From a virus: a stretch of 64,000 bases of DNA. A model generated the notes under the pieces. The model made no database searches, had not been told where the DNA came from, and was given only the letters and a program-made list of their open reading frames with translations. Where the stretch lies: positions 64,001-128,000 of the IMG/VR virus record IMGVR_UViG_3300045988_153285, one strand, 5' to 3'. Numbering within the stretch: position 1 is the first letter of the stretch; every line of letters begins with the position of its first letter. Positions 38,092-46,424 of the stretch are shown here, piece after piece. Both the position numbers and the translations under genes were made by a program.

Positions 38092-38411
38092 TAATGTAGC
38101 CGTGTTTAAACTACTAAACCCTACCAAGGGGTGTGTTACTTTAATAGTAATGCTAACGGTCAACTAAGCCAAAAGGCTAAGGTGGTAAGAGAGCCTAAGT
38201 CCTATATGGATATGGTAATACCGTGTCTTGTCAAAAACAAGATTTAGAGGACATCGAAAGGGTAAATATAAATTAAAGCTAGTTTATATTGAGTAACCGA
38301 GTAGAGTAGACTATGAGATAGGTACATAGTCGAAACTGGTAGCATTGTTAGCAGCAATGAAGATATGTTGCAGTCGGAAACGTAAGAATATAGAAATATA
38401 TGTACCGATTG
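38092..38411 (+). other. group I intron 2 in nrdD (320 nt, no ORF)
   Basis: Exon ends in U (ggt). In-frame TAA is the first intron codon. IGS gccgtg (38099-38104) pairs with exon tacggt. Terminal G is at 38411. GC-richer, structured sequence. Confidence 0.65.
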
Positions 38412-38882
38412 ACTCCTGCTGAAAGTTTATGTGGTCTTCAAGTAAAACAATTTAATGAAAAATATGGATATGTTGAGGGAATATCTAATAAAACATATAC
38501 AAGTAATTCATTTCATTGTTGGGTAGGAGAAGATATTAATCCTATCCAAAAGCAAGACTTAGAAAAGAGATTCTGGAATTTATTTAATGGTGGTAAAATA
38601 CAATATGTTAAATATCCAATAGATTATAATAAGGAAGCAATTAAAACATTAATAAGGAGAGCTATGAAGTTGGGCTTCTATGAAGGCGTAAATCTTGCAC
38701 TAAGTTTTTGTGATGATTGTGGACATCAGGAATTAAATATGGATGTTTGCCCTAAGTGTGGAAGTAAGAATTTAACTAAGATAGACAGGATGAATGGCTA
38801 TCTTTCATATTCAAGAGTAAAGGGCGATACAAGATTAAATGAAGCTAAAATGTCAGAAATAGCCGATCGTATTTCTATGTAA
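38412..38882 (+). CDS. nrdD: nrdD exon 3
   Basis: Begins TPAESLCG (YG|TPAESL is conserved in NrdD). Zn site CDDCGH..CPKCGS. Glycyl-radical region RMNGYLSYSRV. Confidence 0.8.
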   Translation, partial: TPAESLCGLQVKQFNEKYGYVEGISNKTYTSNSFHCWVGEDINPIQKQDLEKRFWNLFNGGKIQYVKYPIDYNKEAIKTLIRRAMKLGFYEGVNLALSFCDDCGHQELNMDVCPKCGSKNLTKIDRMNGYLSYSRVKGDTRLNEAKMSEIADRISM

Positions 38883-38936
38883 TAAAAATTAAAATAATAG
38901 GAGAGTTTATCTCTCCTGTATAAGGAGGTAAAAAAT

Positions 38937-39389
38937 ATGAATTATCATAATATAACTAAAACTGACATGTTAAATGGTGACGGTCTTCGTGTGGTACTTT
39001 GGGTATCAGGTTGTGAACATGCCTGCAAAGGGTGTCAAAATCCTCAAACATGGTCAGTCCATAGCGGTATACCATTCGATGAGTACGCAAAAAAAGAATT
39101 ATTTGAAGAATTATCAAAAGACTATGTAAGTGGAATTACTTTTTCTGGCGGAGATCCACTTCATACTTCAAATAGAAATGAGGTATTAGAATTAATTAAA
39201 GAAATAAAAGTTAAATTCCCCGATAAAACAATATGGGTATATACAGGATATCTTAAATCGAATGTAGATATGTTAGATGGCTTCGAGGATATAGATGTAT
39301 TGGTTGATGGTAAATACATAGAAGAATTAAGCGTGCCTTCACCTCAATGGTGTGGGAGTTCTAATCAAGTAGTCCATCGATTAAAATAG
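38937..39389 (+). CDS. nrdG: anaerobic RNR activating radical-SAM protein
   Basis: GDGLRVVLWVSGCEHACKGCQNPQTW (CxxxCxxC) and GITFSGGDPL. Confidence 0.85.
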   Translation: MNYHNITKTDMLNGDGLRVVLWVSGCEHACKGCQNPQTWSVHSGIPFDEYAKKELFEELSKDYVSGITFSGGDPLHTSNRNEVLELIKEIKVKFPDKTIWVYTGYLKSNVDMLDGFEDIDVLVDGKYIEELSVPSPQWCGSSNQVVHRLK

Positions 39390-39397
39390 GAGGAAGT

Positions 39398-40165
39398 ATG
39401 TTAAATAGGTTAGGAGAAGAGAAAGTAAATAAATACGGCAGTAAAATGAAAATAATAGAATATAATTCTCCTTATAATATTACAGTGGAGTTTGAAGACG
39501 GGTATGTAGAAAAAGGGAGATATGATGTTTTTAAGAGAGGTGCTATTTTAAATTGGAACGACAAATTTGTGCTAGGTGTTGGATATAAAGGAAAAGGGAA
39601 ATATAAATTAAAAGAAAACGGAAAAGATACGTTTCTGTACACTGAATGGCACTCTATGTTGGCTAGATGTTATAATAAAAATCAACAACTTAAAAATAAA
39701 ACATCATCTTATAAGAATTGTATAGTCTGTGAAGAATGGTATAATTTTCAAAACTTTTGTGAGTGGTGGGAATCTAATTATTATGAAATCAAAGGAGAAA
39801 AAATGAGGTTGGATAAAGATGTATTGTATAAAAATAATAAGGTGTATTCACCAGATACATGTATCATAGTCCCTGAAAGGATAAATATGGTTTTGCAAAC
39901 AGGAAGATCAACAAATAAAAGTGGATATCCTGGAGTAGATAAGAGAAGTGAGAATAGTTATAGAGCAAGATGTAATGTAACTGATAAAATCAATGGAAGT
40001 AAAGTTATAACTATAGCTTCATTTAATAATCCAGTAGAAGCGTTTCGTGCTTATAAAGAGTTTAAAGAAAATTATATTAAGCAAGTAGCAGATGAATATA
40101 AGGACAGAATCCCTAAGAAATTATATGATGCTATGTACAGGTATGAAGTTGAAATAACAGATTAA
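39398..40165 (+). CDS. AP2-domain homing-endonuclease-like protein
   Basis: SGYPGVDKRSENSYRARCNV...ASFNNPVEAFRAYKEF is an AP2 DNA-binding fold signature. Free-standing between nrdG and dut. Confidence 0.5.
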   Translation: MLNRLGEEKVNKYGSKMKIIEYNSPYNITVEFEDGYVEKGRYDVFKRGAILNWNDKFVLGVGYKGKGKYKLKENGKDTFLYTEWHSMLARCYNKNQQLKNKTSSYKNCIVCEEWYNFQNFCEWWESNYYEIKGEKMRLDKDVLYKNNKVYSPDTCIIVPERINMVLQTGRSTNKSGYPGVDKRSENSYRARCNVTDKINGSKVITIASFNNPVEAFRAYKEFKENYIKQVADEYKDRIPKKLYDAMYRYEVEITD

Positions 40166-40212
40166 TACATATAACAATAAAAATTAATATATAAAAGGAG
40201 AGAAAGTAGATT

Positions 40213-40653
40213 ATGAAATTAAGAATCAAATATTTACAAGATGCAACAAGAATGAATAAAATAACAAAAGGAAATTGGATTGATGTATATGCATACCAAG
40301 ACACATTTGTTCCAGAAGGTGAAAGAGCGATGATTAATTTAGGATTTGCGTTAGAATTACCTAAAGGATGGGAAGGGCATTTAGCACCAAGAAGTTCAAC
40401 ATTTAAAACTTGGGGAGTGATTCAAACCAATAGTGTAGGAGTTGTCGATGATACATATATAGGTGATAATGATATTTGGCATATGCCTGTATATTGCCTA
40501 CAAGCAAAACACGATAATGGAACATGGATAAGAACTGGAGATAAAATAGGGCAGTTTAGAATAATGGAAGTAATGCCAGAAATAGAATTTGAGGAAGTCG
40601 AATCATTCGGTAATCAAGATCGTGGTGGTTTTGGGACTACAGGGGTGAAATAA
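40213..40653 (+). CDS. dut: dUTPase (trimeric)
   Basis: Motifs APRSS, GVVDDTYIGD, C-terminal DRGGFGTTG. Confidence 0.8.
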   Translation: MKLRIKYLQDATRMNKITKGNWIDVYAYQDTFVPEGERAMINLGFALELPKGWEGHLAPRSSTFKTWGVIQTNSVGVVDDTYIGDNDIWHMPVYCLQAKHDNGTWIRTGDKIGQFRIMEVMPEIEFEEVESFGNQDRGGFGTTGVK

Positions 40654-40654
40654 C

Positions 40655-40858
40655 ATGAAGACATTAATAATTTTTATAATAACATTGATATTTTCCATGT
40701 TCATGGCAGTAGATAAAGATGGAGTAAAAATAAATAATAAAACAATTAAAACTTATCCTAAAAGAGTAGCATATTGCTTCATAGCATTAATCATATTTGT
40801 ATCAATAATATCATGGGTTACCATACTACCAATCTTAGGACTACTATCATTACTATAA
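40655..40858 (+). CDS. small membrane protein, 67 aa
   Basis: Two TM helices; starts 1 nt after the dut stop. Confidence 0.55.
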   Translation: MKTLIIFIITLIFSMFMAVDKDGVKINNKTIKTYPKRVAYCFIALIIFVSIISWVTILPILGLLSLL

Positions 40859-40863
40859 TACAT

Positions 40864-40899
40864 AAACACTTAGGTTAATCCTAGGTGTTTTTTCTTTTC
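40864..40899 (+). terminator. rho-independent terminator
   Basis: aaacacttagg-ttaat-cctaggtgttt (one G-U pair) followed by tttcttttc. Confidence 0.7.
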
Positions 40900-40911
40900 T
40901 AAAAAATTAAA

Positions 40912-40960
40912 ATATAAATTAACAAAATACGTTGACAAAATAAAAATACCAATGTATAAT
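40912..40960 (+). promoter_or_regulatory. conserved-box promoter (copy 7)
   Basis: ATATAAATTAACAAAAT-acg-TTGACA(40932-40937)-17 bp-TATAAT(40955-40960). Confidence 0.75.
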
Positions 40961-41006
40961 AATATACATAAGGTACAAGTTGCCAAATAAATTAAGAGGT
41001 GATTGA

Positions 41007-42296
41007 ATGGAAAAAGTATTAGAGATTATTAATCGATTAAGATTAACTACAAAGACAAATGAGAAATTAGCAATATTAAAGCACCATAGTGATAATGAAT
41101 TGCTAAAAGAAACTCTATATTATACATATAGTGATAAGAATTATGGATTTAGCGAAAAGCTACTAAGGCAAGCTATGGAATCATATGAAACTAAATTTAT
41201 TCTAACTTGGAAAAACTACAAAGATATGTTAGATGAATTATCCTCTAGCAACATCAATGATAAACTAAGAGAACAAACATATGAATTTCTTTCTTTATAT
41301 GATGAAGAAGAACGTGATTTATATATTAATATAATATCAAATGATTTAAAGATAGGAATAAATGTAAAATCAATAAATAAAGCTATTCCTGGATTAATAC
41401 CTACATTCGGTGTTCAGCTAGCAGAATCTTTCTTTAAACAAAAAGAAGGTTTCTTGGATGGAAAAGAATTTATTCTGTCTACTAAACTTGATGGAAATAG
41501 ACTTGTAGCTATTAAAAACAAAGATAAGGTTGAATTTAAAACTAGACAAGGTAAAGTAATGGAGGGATTAATTGAATTAGAAGAAGAATTTAAAGATATC
41601 CCAAATGGAATTGTTTTAGATGGTGAATTAATTCTTAAAAACGATAAAAACTTACCTTCAGATGAATTGTTTAGAGAAACTATGAAAGTTGCTAGGAAGA
41701 AAGGCGAGAAGAGAAATTTAGAGTTCCATGTGTTCGATTGTATTGAATTAGATGGATTTAATAAAGGTTATGATCCTACTCCTTGCATAGAAAGAAAACA
41801 AAAAGTTTCTAATTTAATTAAAAATAAAAAGTGGTTAATTGAAGTTCCTGCTTTATATATAGGAAAAGATGCTAATATGATAACTAAATTATTAGACGAA
41901 GCTATTTCGAATAATCAGGAAGGTATAATGATTAATATAGCAAACTCAGGATATAGCTGCAAGAGAACTAAAGATATTTTGAAAGTTAAAGCATTTTTGG
42001 ATGGAGATATGAGATGTGTTGATGTCATAGAAGGAACAGGAAAGAACACAAATAAATTAGGGGCTATAACAGTTGAGTTCGAATACGAAGGTAAATTATA
42101 TAGATGCGATTGTGGAAGCGGATTTTCTGATTTTGAACGTAAATTGTATTGGGACAATCCTGAGTTAATATTAAATAAGATAGTTACCATAGGTTATTTT
42201 GAGATAAGCAAGAATAAAAATGGTTCCATTGGCTTACGTTTTCCTACATGGAAGTCAATAATTAGAGATGATAAAGACGACATAAGTATGAACTAG
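41007..42296 (+). CDS. lig: ATP-dependent DNA ligase
   Basis: Adenylation motif LSTKLDGNR (KxDG), EGIMI and LKVK motifs. Confidence 0.75.
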   Translation: MEKVLEIINRLRLTTKTNEKLAILKHHSDNELLKETLYYTYSDKNYGFSEKLLRQAMESYETKFILTWKNYKDMLDELSSSNINDKLREQTYEFLSLYDEEERDLYINIISNDLKIGINVKSINKAIPGLIPTFGVQLAESFFKQKEGFLDGKEFILSTKLDGNRLVAIKNKDKVEFKTRQGKVMEGLIELEEEFKDIPNGIVLDGELILKNDKNLPSDELFRETMKVARKKGEKRNLEFHVFDCIELDGFNKGYDPTPCIERKQKVSNLIKNKKWLIEVPALYIGKDANMITKLLDEAISNNQEGIMINIANSGYSCKRTKDILKVKAFLDGDMRCVDVIEGTGKNTNKLGAITVEFEYEGKLYRCDCGSGFSDFERKLYWDNPELILNKIVTIGYFEISKNKNGSIGLRFPTWKSIIRDDKDDISMN

Positions 42297-42410
42297 AAAG
42301 GGAATGTAGGAAAGGAGAACGAATCCAAAATATAATAAATCAGTTTAGAATTGAAAAATCCATAGCAATACTGAATGGGATGGTAAAAATTACTGATTAA
42401 ATAACTAAAA

Positions 42411-42459
42411 ATATAAATTAATAAAATTGATTGACAAAATTAAAAGCAAGCTATATAAT
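42411..42459 (+). promoter_or_regulatory. conserved-box promoter (copy 8)
   Basis: ATATAAATTAATAAAAT-tga-TTGACA(42431-42436)-17 bp-TATAAT(42454-42459). Confidence 0.75.
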
Positions 42460-42511
42460 AGCTATACAAACACAATATGTAAAATTAATAGATTAAAAGG
42501 AGAGTTTAAAA

Positions 42512-42814
42512 ATGGTTAAGATGGTGGGGAGTTATACAAGGCCAGAAGAATTATTAACAAAGTTGGCGAATGAAAATTCATATTTAAAGAAACAAATAAA
42601 AGAATTGAAAGAGGAAAATTCAAGACTGACGCAAATAACAGAAGATCAAGAAATAGAATTACAATATGCTAGATATTACGCAGACGAAGAAAACTATAAA
42701 GAAAGTATAGAATTGGCTAATCTACAATCAGATGATATAGTAACATATGAAGAATGGTTTAATAGCGAATTATCGGACAAGCTCATAGAAGCTTATGCAA
42801 AATATTATAATTAA
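42512..42814 (+). CDS. hypothetical coiled-coil protein, 100 aa
   Basis: ORF with AAAGGAGAG RBS. Confidence 0.55.
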   Translation: MVKMVGSYTRPEELLTKLANENSYLKKQIKELKEENSRLTQITEDQEIELQYARYYADEENYKESIELANLQSDDIVTYEEWFNSELSDKLIEAYAKYYN

Positions 42815-42836
42815 TACATAAATGAGGTAAATAAAT

Positions 42837-42983
42837 ATGATTAAATTAATAGCTTTTATATTATTGATAGCGATATTTTTAATAATGCTTATTGCGGCTG
42901 TATGTTGCTTGATTACTGCTGGGAAATCAGACGATTTATATTTAGGTGAGAATCAATACGAAGATAATAAAATTAACATATAA
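42837..42983 (+). CDS. small membrane protein, 48 aa
   Basis: Below track threshold; one TM helix; GAGGTAA RBS. Confidence 0.4.
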   Translation: MIKLIAFILLIAIFLIMLIAAVCCLITAGKSDDLYLGENQYEDNKINI

Positions 42984-42996
42984 AAGAGGTGAAAAT

Positions 42997-44598
42997 ATGG
43001 ATCAGTTTTATAATCAAGATTATTTTCCGACCCCCGACCATCTATTAGATAGAATGATTGAAAAGTTAGGGCATAATTGGAAGCATGAAGTTAAACATGT
43101 TCTTGAGCCTTCGGCAGGAGCTGGACATCTAATAGAAGGTATGAAGAATAGATATATGAAAGGACAAAAAATAAACGGGTTTTGGTGTCGTGGCTCAAAG
43201 ACTTGTGATATTAAGTTTGATGCGGTTGAAATAGAAGATGGCCTAGTAGCTATTCTAAGAAATAAAGGTATAAATGTAGCTTATCATGGTGATTTTATGG
43301 ATTATGAACCACAAAAGTATTACGATTTAATATTCTGTAATCTACCATTTAGTTGTTGTAGCAAGCACTTAATTAAATGTATTAAGATACAAGAGAGAAT
43401 AGGTGGTAAAATAGTTGCAATAACTTCAGCTACAATGTTAGAAAATGCATATAGTAATGATAGAGAATATTTAGAAAGATTATTAGAAGAATATAATGCT
43501 GATATAGAATACATAGAAGAAGCATTTACGACTGATGATACAGAAAGAAAAACAAATGTAAAAATAGCATTGATTTATATTGATATTCCTATGAAGAATA
43601 AGGAATCTATGTTTGAAAGAGAATTTAAAAGAGATTGTCCTAATATAGAAATAGAGGATGTTAATGCAGTAGCATTAAAGAAAAATAAGCTAGAACAGTT
43701 AGTGTTTGAATATGATTTATGTGTTAAATCTAGTGTAAAACTATTTGAAGAAAAGATGCGGGTTGATAAATTACTAAGTGGATTTGGTTTAAATAATGAA
43801 TTATCAATATGCAAAGATTATTGTAATCCAAAAGCATTAAACATTAACACTTTTATTGAAGAAATGAATCAGAAATTTTGGCGTAAATTTATAGATGAAA
43901 CAGATTTTGAGTCAATGTTGCCTAGTCAACTAAAAGATAATTTCAGATCAAATATGCAAGCAAATAGAAATATAGCTTTTAATTTAGATAACTTGTATTA
44001 TTTCTATAATGAATTAATGAATGCTATACCAGATAGTTACGAAAAGACTGTAGCTAAAGTATTTGATGATTGCACTAGGAAATATAACTATACTGATTCA
44101 GAATGGTGTAAAACTACATGGGGATATGATGGATTTAAATCCAATAATGCTTTTGCTATTAATAGCAGAGTAATAATCCCTTGTTATATAGCTAATCCCA
44201 ACTCTTATGGTACTCAAATCCCTGCAATATTTGTTGATTTAAATATTATATTTAACAACATAGCAGGAATTAAAAATAAAGATGATCTGAAATATCAGGG
44301 TGAGATTTATAAGGCTATAACAAATCATTGTAAAAAGTTTGAAACTGAACACTTTCTTATATCTACATTTAAGAAGGGTACAATGCACATTTATTTTAAA
44401 AACAAAAAGCATTTAGCTATGTTTAACTATATGGCAGGTAGGGGAAAGTCATGGTTAGGTGAAGGTTTTGCTGATAAGCCTTATGATGATATGAATGATA
44501 GTGAAAAGGAAATTGTTAGAGTATTAGGATTTGAACCTGAAGATTTTAAACAAATGCAGTTGCAAAATAAAAGGGAATATATAAAATTATTAGCTTAA
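42997..44598 (+). CDS. DNA methyltransferase (amino-MTase, N6-A or N4-C)
   Basis: DYFPTP, motif I VLEPSAGAGHL, motif IV FCNLPFS; long C-terminal extension. ATG 42997 follows AGAGGTGA (track GTG 42946 overlaps the upstream ORF). Confidence 0.6.
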   Translation: MDQFYNQDYFPTPDHLLDRMIEKLGHNWKHEVKHVLEPSAGAGHLIEGMKNRYMKGQKINGFWCRGSKTCDIKFDAVEIEDGLVAILRNKGINVAYHGDFMDYEPQKYYDLIFCNLPFSCCSKHLIKCIKIQERIGGKIVAITSATMLENAYSNDREYLERLLEEYNADIEYIEEAFTTDDTERKTNVKIALIYIDIPMKNKESMFEREFKRDCPNIEIEDVNAVALKKNKLEQLVFEYDLCVKSSVKLFEEKMRVDKLLSGFGLNNELSICKDYCNPKALNINTFIEEMNQKFWRKFIDETDFESMLPSQLKDNFRSNMQANRNIAFNLDNLYYFYNELMNAIPDSYEKTVAKVFDDCTRKYNYTDSEWCKTTWGYDGFKSNNAFAINSRVIIPCYIANPNSYGTQIPAIFVDLNIIFNNIAGIKNKDDLKYQGEIYKAITNHCKKFETEHFLISTFKKGTMHIYFKNKKHLAMFNYMAGRGKSWLGEGFADKPYDDMNDSEKEIVRVLGFEPEDFKQMQLQNKREYIKLLA

Positions 44599-44612
44599 AG
44601 GAGGATATAGCA

Positions 44613-44789
44613 ATGACAAAACAAACTAAAATAAGAACATTTTCGGCTGAATCTATTACAAAACTAGAGGATAAATTAAATGAATTCTGCAAAGACAAAG
44701 AAGTTAAAACAATACAATATCAAGTAGATAATACTTTTTGTTTATATAAACATTTGGCTATGGTGGTGTATGAGATTACGACACATTAA
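44613..44789 (+). CDS. Cse60-like small protein, 58 aa
   Basis: IRTFSAES...LEDKLNEFC....V..IQYQV......LAMVVY resembles the Cse60 pattern (from memory). Confidence 0.35.
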   Translation: MTKQTKIRTFSAESITKLEDKLNEFCKDKEVKTIQYQVDNTFCLYKHLAMVVYEITTH

Positions 44790-44813
44790 AAATTAAAATA
44801 TGGAGGATATAAA

Positions 44814-44930
44814 ATGTTAGAAAAAATATATGAACAATTAACTGGTCGTTGTTGGCACGTATACTCTAAAATTCCGAAAGAGGTGGTACATTATAAGTGT
44901 ATGAAATGCGGGAAAATTATAGTAAAATAA
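44814..44930 (+). CDS. zinc-ribbon peptide, 38 aa
   Basis: TGGAGGA RBS; CW...CMKCG. Confidence 0.4.
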   Translation: MLEKIYEQLTGRCWHVYSKIPKEVVHYKCMKCGKIIVK

Positions 44931-44998
44931 TAAACAATTCAAAAATATTGTAAATAAAATTGAAGTTTTATAAAAATTAATAAAAAGGAGATAATGAA

Positions 44999-45904
44999 AT
45001 GAGTAATATAATAAACTGTAAAGCAATAAGAGATAAATACATAGAAGAAATTAAACAAAAGGATTTAACAGGATGTACAGTGGCATTTGTACAAGTAGGT
45101 GAAAATCAAGCATCAAATGTATATGTGCGTAATAAAAAGAAGCTATGTGAAGAAGTTGGAATAGAAGTAGAACATTATCACTTATCTGAAAACATTACAG
45201 AAGAACAACTATTAGCAACAATAGATATGTTAAATAAATGTAGTGCAATTACAGGAGTAATGGTACAACTCCCATTGCCAAAACATATAGACGAGAATAA
45301 GGTTATTAATGCAATAGATCCTAATAAAGATATTGATGGTTTCCATGTTGTAAACAAAGGCAAGGTTGTTATAGGTGATGAGAGTGGAATTATTGCGGCT
45401 ACTCCAAAGGGAATTATGACAATATTAAAAGAAGAAGGAATTGATTTAAAAGGTAAAAATGTAGTTGTAGTTGGAAGAAGCAATATTGTTGGTAAGCCTT
45501 TAGTTAGTTTATTAATTAATGAGGGTTGTACAGTTATTTGTTGCAATTCTAAAACACCTATGGGTTATTTAAAAAAGTATATATCAGATTGCGATATATT
45601 TATATCGGCTATAGGCCAAGCAAACTATTGGAATTTAGATAAATTCAATGGAACTTTAGAACATAGAGAGCTGTTAAAAAAATACGCTCCTGAAGAATAT
45701 AAAGATACGTTCTTCACAGGTATATGTCCAGTAGCTATAGATATTGGCATCAATAGAGATGAAAATAATAAACTTTGTGGTGATATAGATAAAGAATTAT
45801 ATCCATATTTTAAAAAGGTTACAAGTGTTCCTGGTGGAGTAGGGGTAACTACACAGATGTCGGTTGTAAGTAATATAGTAGAATTATTTGAGAGGTGGTT
45901 TTAA
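44999..45904 (+). CDS. folD: bifunctional methylene-THF dehydrogenase/cyclohydrolase
   Basis: VAFVQVGENQASNVYVRNKKK, GVMVQLPLPKHI, DIDGFH, VVVGRSNIVGKP, PGGVG. Confidence 0.85.
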   Translation: MSNIINCKAIRDKYIEEIKQKDLTGCTVAFVQVGENQASNVYVRNKKKLCEEVGIEVEHYHLSENITEEQLLATIDMLNKCSAITGVMVQLPLPKHIDENKVINAIDPNKDIDGFHVVNKGKVVIGDESGIIAATPKGIMTILKEEGIDLKGKNVVVVGRSNIVGKPLVSLLINEGCTVICCNSKTPMGYLKKYISDCDIFISAIGQANYWNLDKFNGTLEHRELLKKYAPEEYKDTFFTGICPVAIDIGINRDENNKLCGDIDKELYPYFKKVTSVPGGVGVTTQMSVVSNIVELFERWF

Positions 45905-45906
45905 AT

Positions 45907-46377
45907 ATGATAAAAAAGATTAAAAATAAAATCAACTACTTGTTGAATAAAAACAAAATAGACAACTCATACATAGAAATTTTTGAAAGCAAATATGGTT
46001 TAGGAGGTGGCGACTTGTCCGTTTGGGTAAATAAAACTAATATAGAGTCCTTACCATATGAATATCATTTATCTACCGAAGGCTTTCTATTTTATAAAAC
46101 TTTAGAGGATGGAGTTAAATATTATAACGAATTACTAAAGGAATTTGAAGAATTTATTGTAGCTAATGTTGAACTCATAGATGAAGATATAGAAGATGGC
46201 AAATATTCAGAATGGGGAAAATACAAAAGATTATATGGGGTAGATATAAAACATACTGAAAATGGATGGACTATAGATATAGAAGCTCCTACATTTTATA
46301 GTTTAAATAATGCATATTTATGGTTTAAAGGGCTTGTAAATCAGTTAAATGAAATATTACAAGAGTATAATAAATAA
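45907..46377 (+). CDS. hypothetical protein, 156 aa
   Basis: ATG 45907 follows GAGGTGG (track GTG 45895). Confidence 0.55.
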   Translation: MIKKIKNKINYLLNKNKIDNSYIEIFESKYGLGGGDLSVWVNKTNIESLPYEYHLSTEGFLFYKTLEDGVKYYNELLKEFEEFIVANVELIDEDIEDGKYSEWGKYKRLYGVDIKHTENGWTIDIEAPTFYSLNNAYLWFKGLVNQLNEILQEYNK

Positions 46378-46424
46378 ATCTATTTAATAAAAATTAAAAT
46401 AATACATAGAGGAGAGATTGAATT

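Noticed and set aside
37367-38411. Alternative explanations for the split nrdD: inteins, intron-encoded homing endonucleases, or a decayed pseudogene
   Set aside because: Both intervening sequences begin with stop codons and have no long ORF in any frame, so they are neither inteins nor HEG-bearing introns. The exon junctions restore conserved NrdD motifs exactly, which argues against decay.
749-45546. Minus-strand track ORFs nested inside + strand genes (749-1063, 2145-2477, 3261-3467, 4339-4668, 5174-5491, 6740-6940, 7743-7940, 14217-14435, 14930-15151, 16114-16380, 20384-20668, 22713-23015, 23637-23894, 24162-24377, 25393-25687, 26601-26810, 28787-28972, 29240-29608, 32817-33080, 35381-35569, 36595-36780, 41915-42190, 43320-43814, 44838-45026, 45178-45546)
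   Set aside because: They lie largely or wholly antisense to better-supported genes that have RBSs and recognisable motifs. None has an RBS. Their Leu/Ile/Phe/Ser-rich low-complexity translations are typical of antisense frames in AT-rich DNA.
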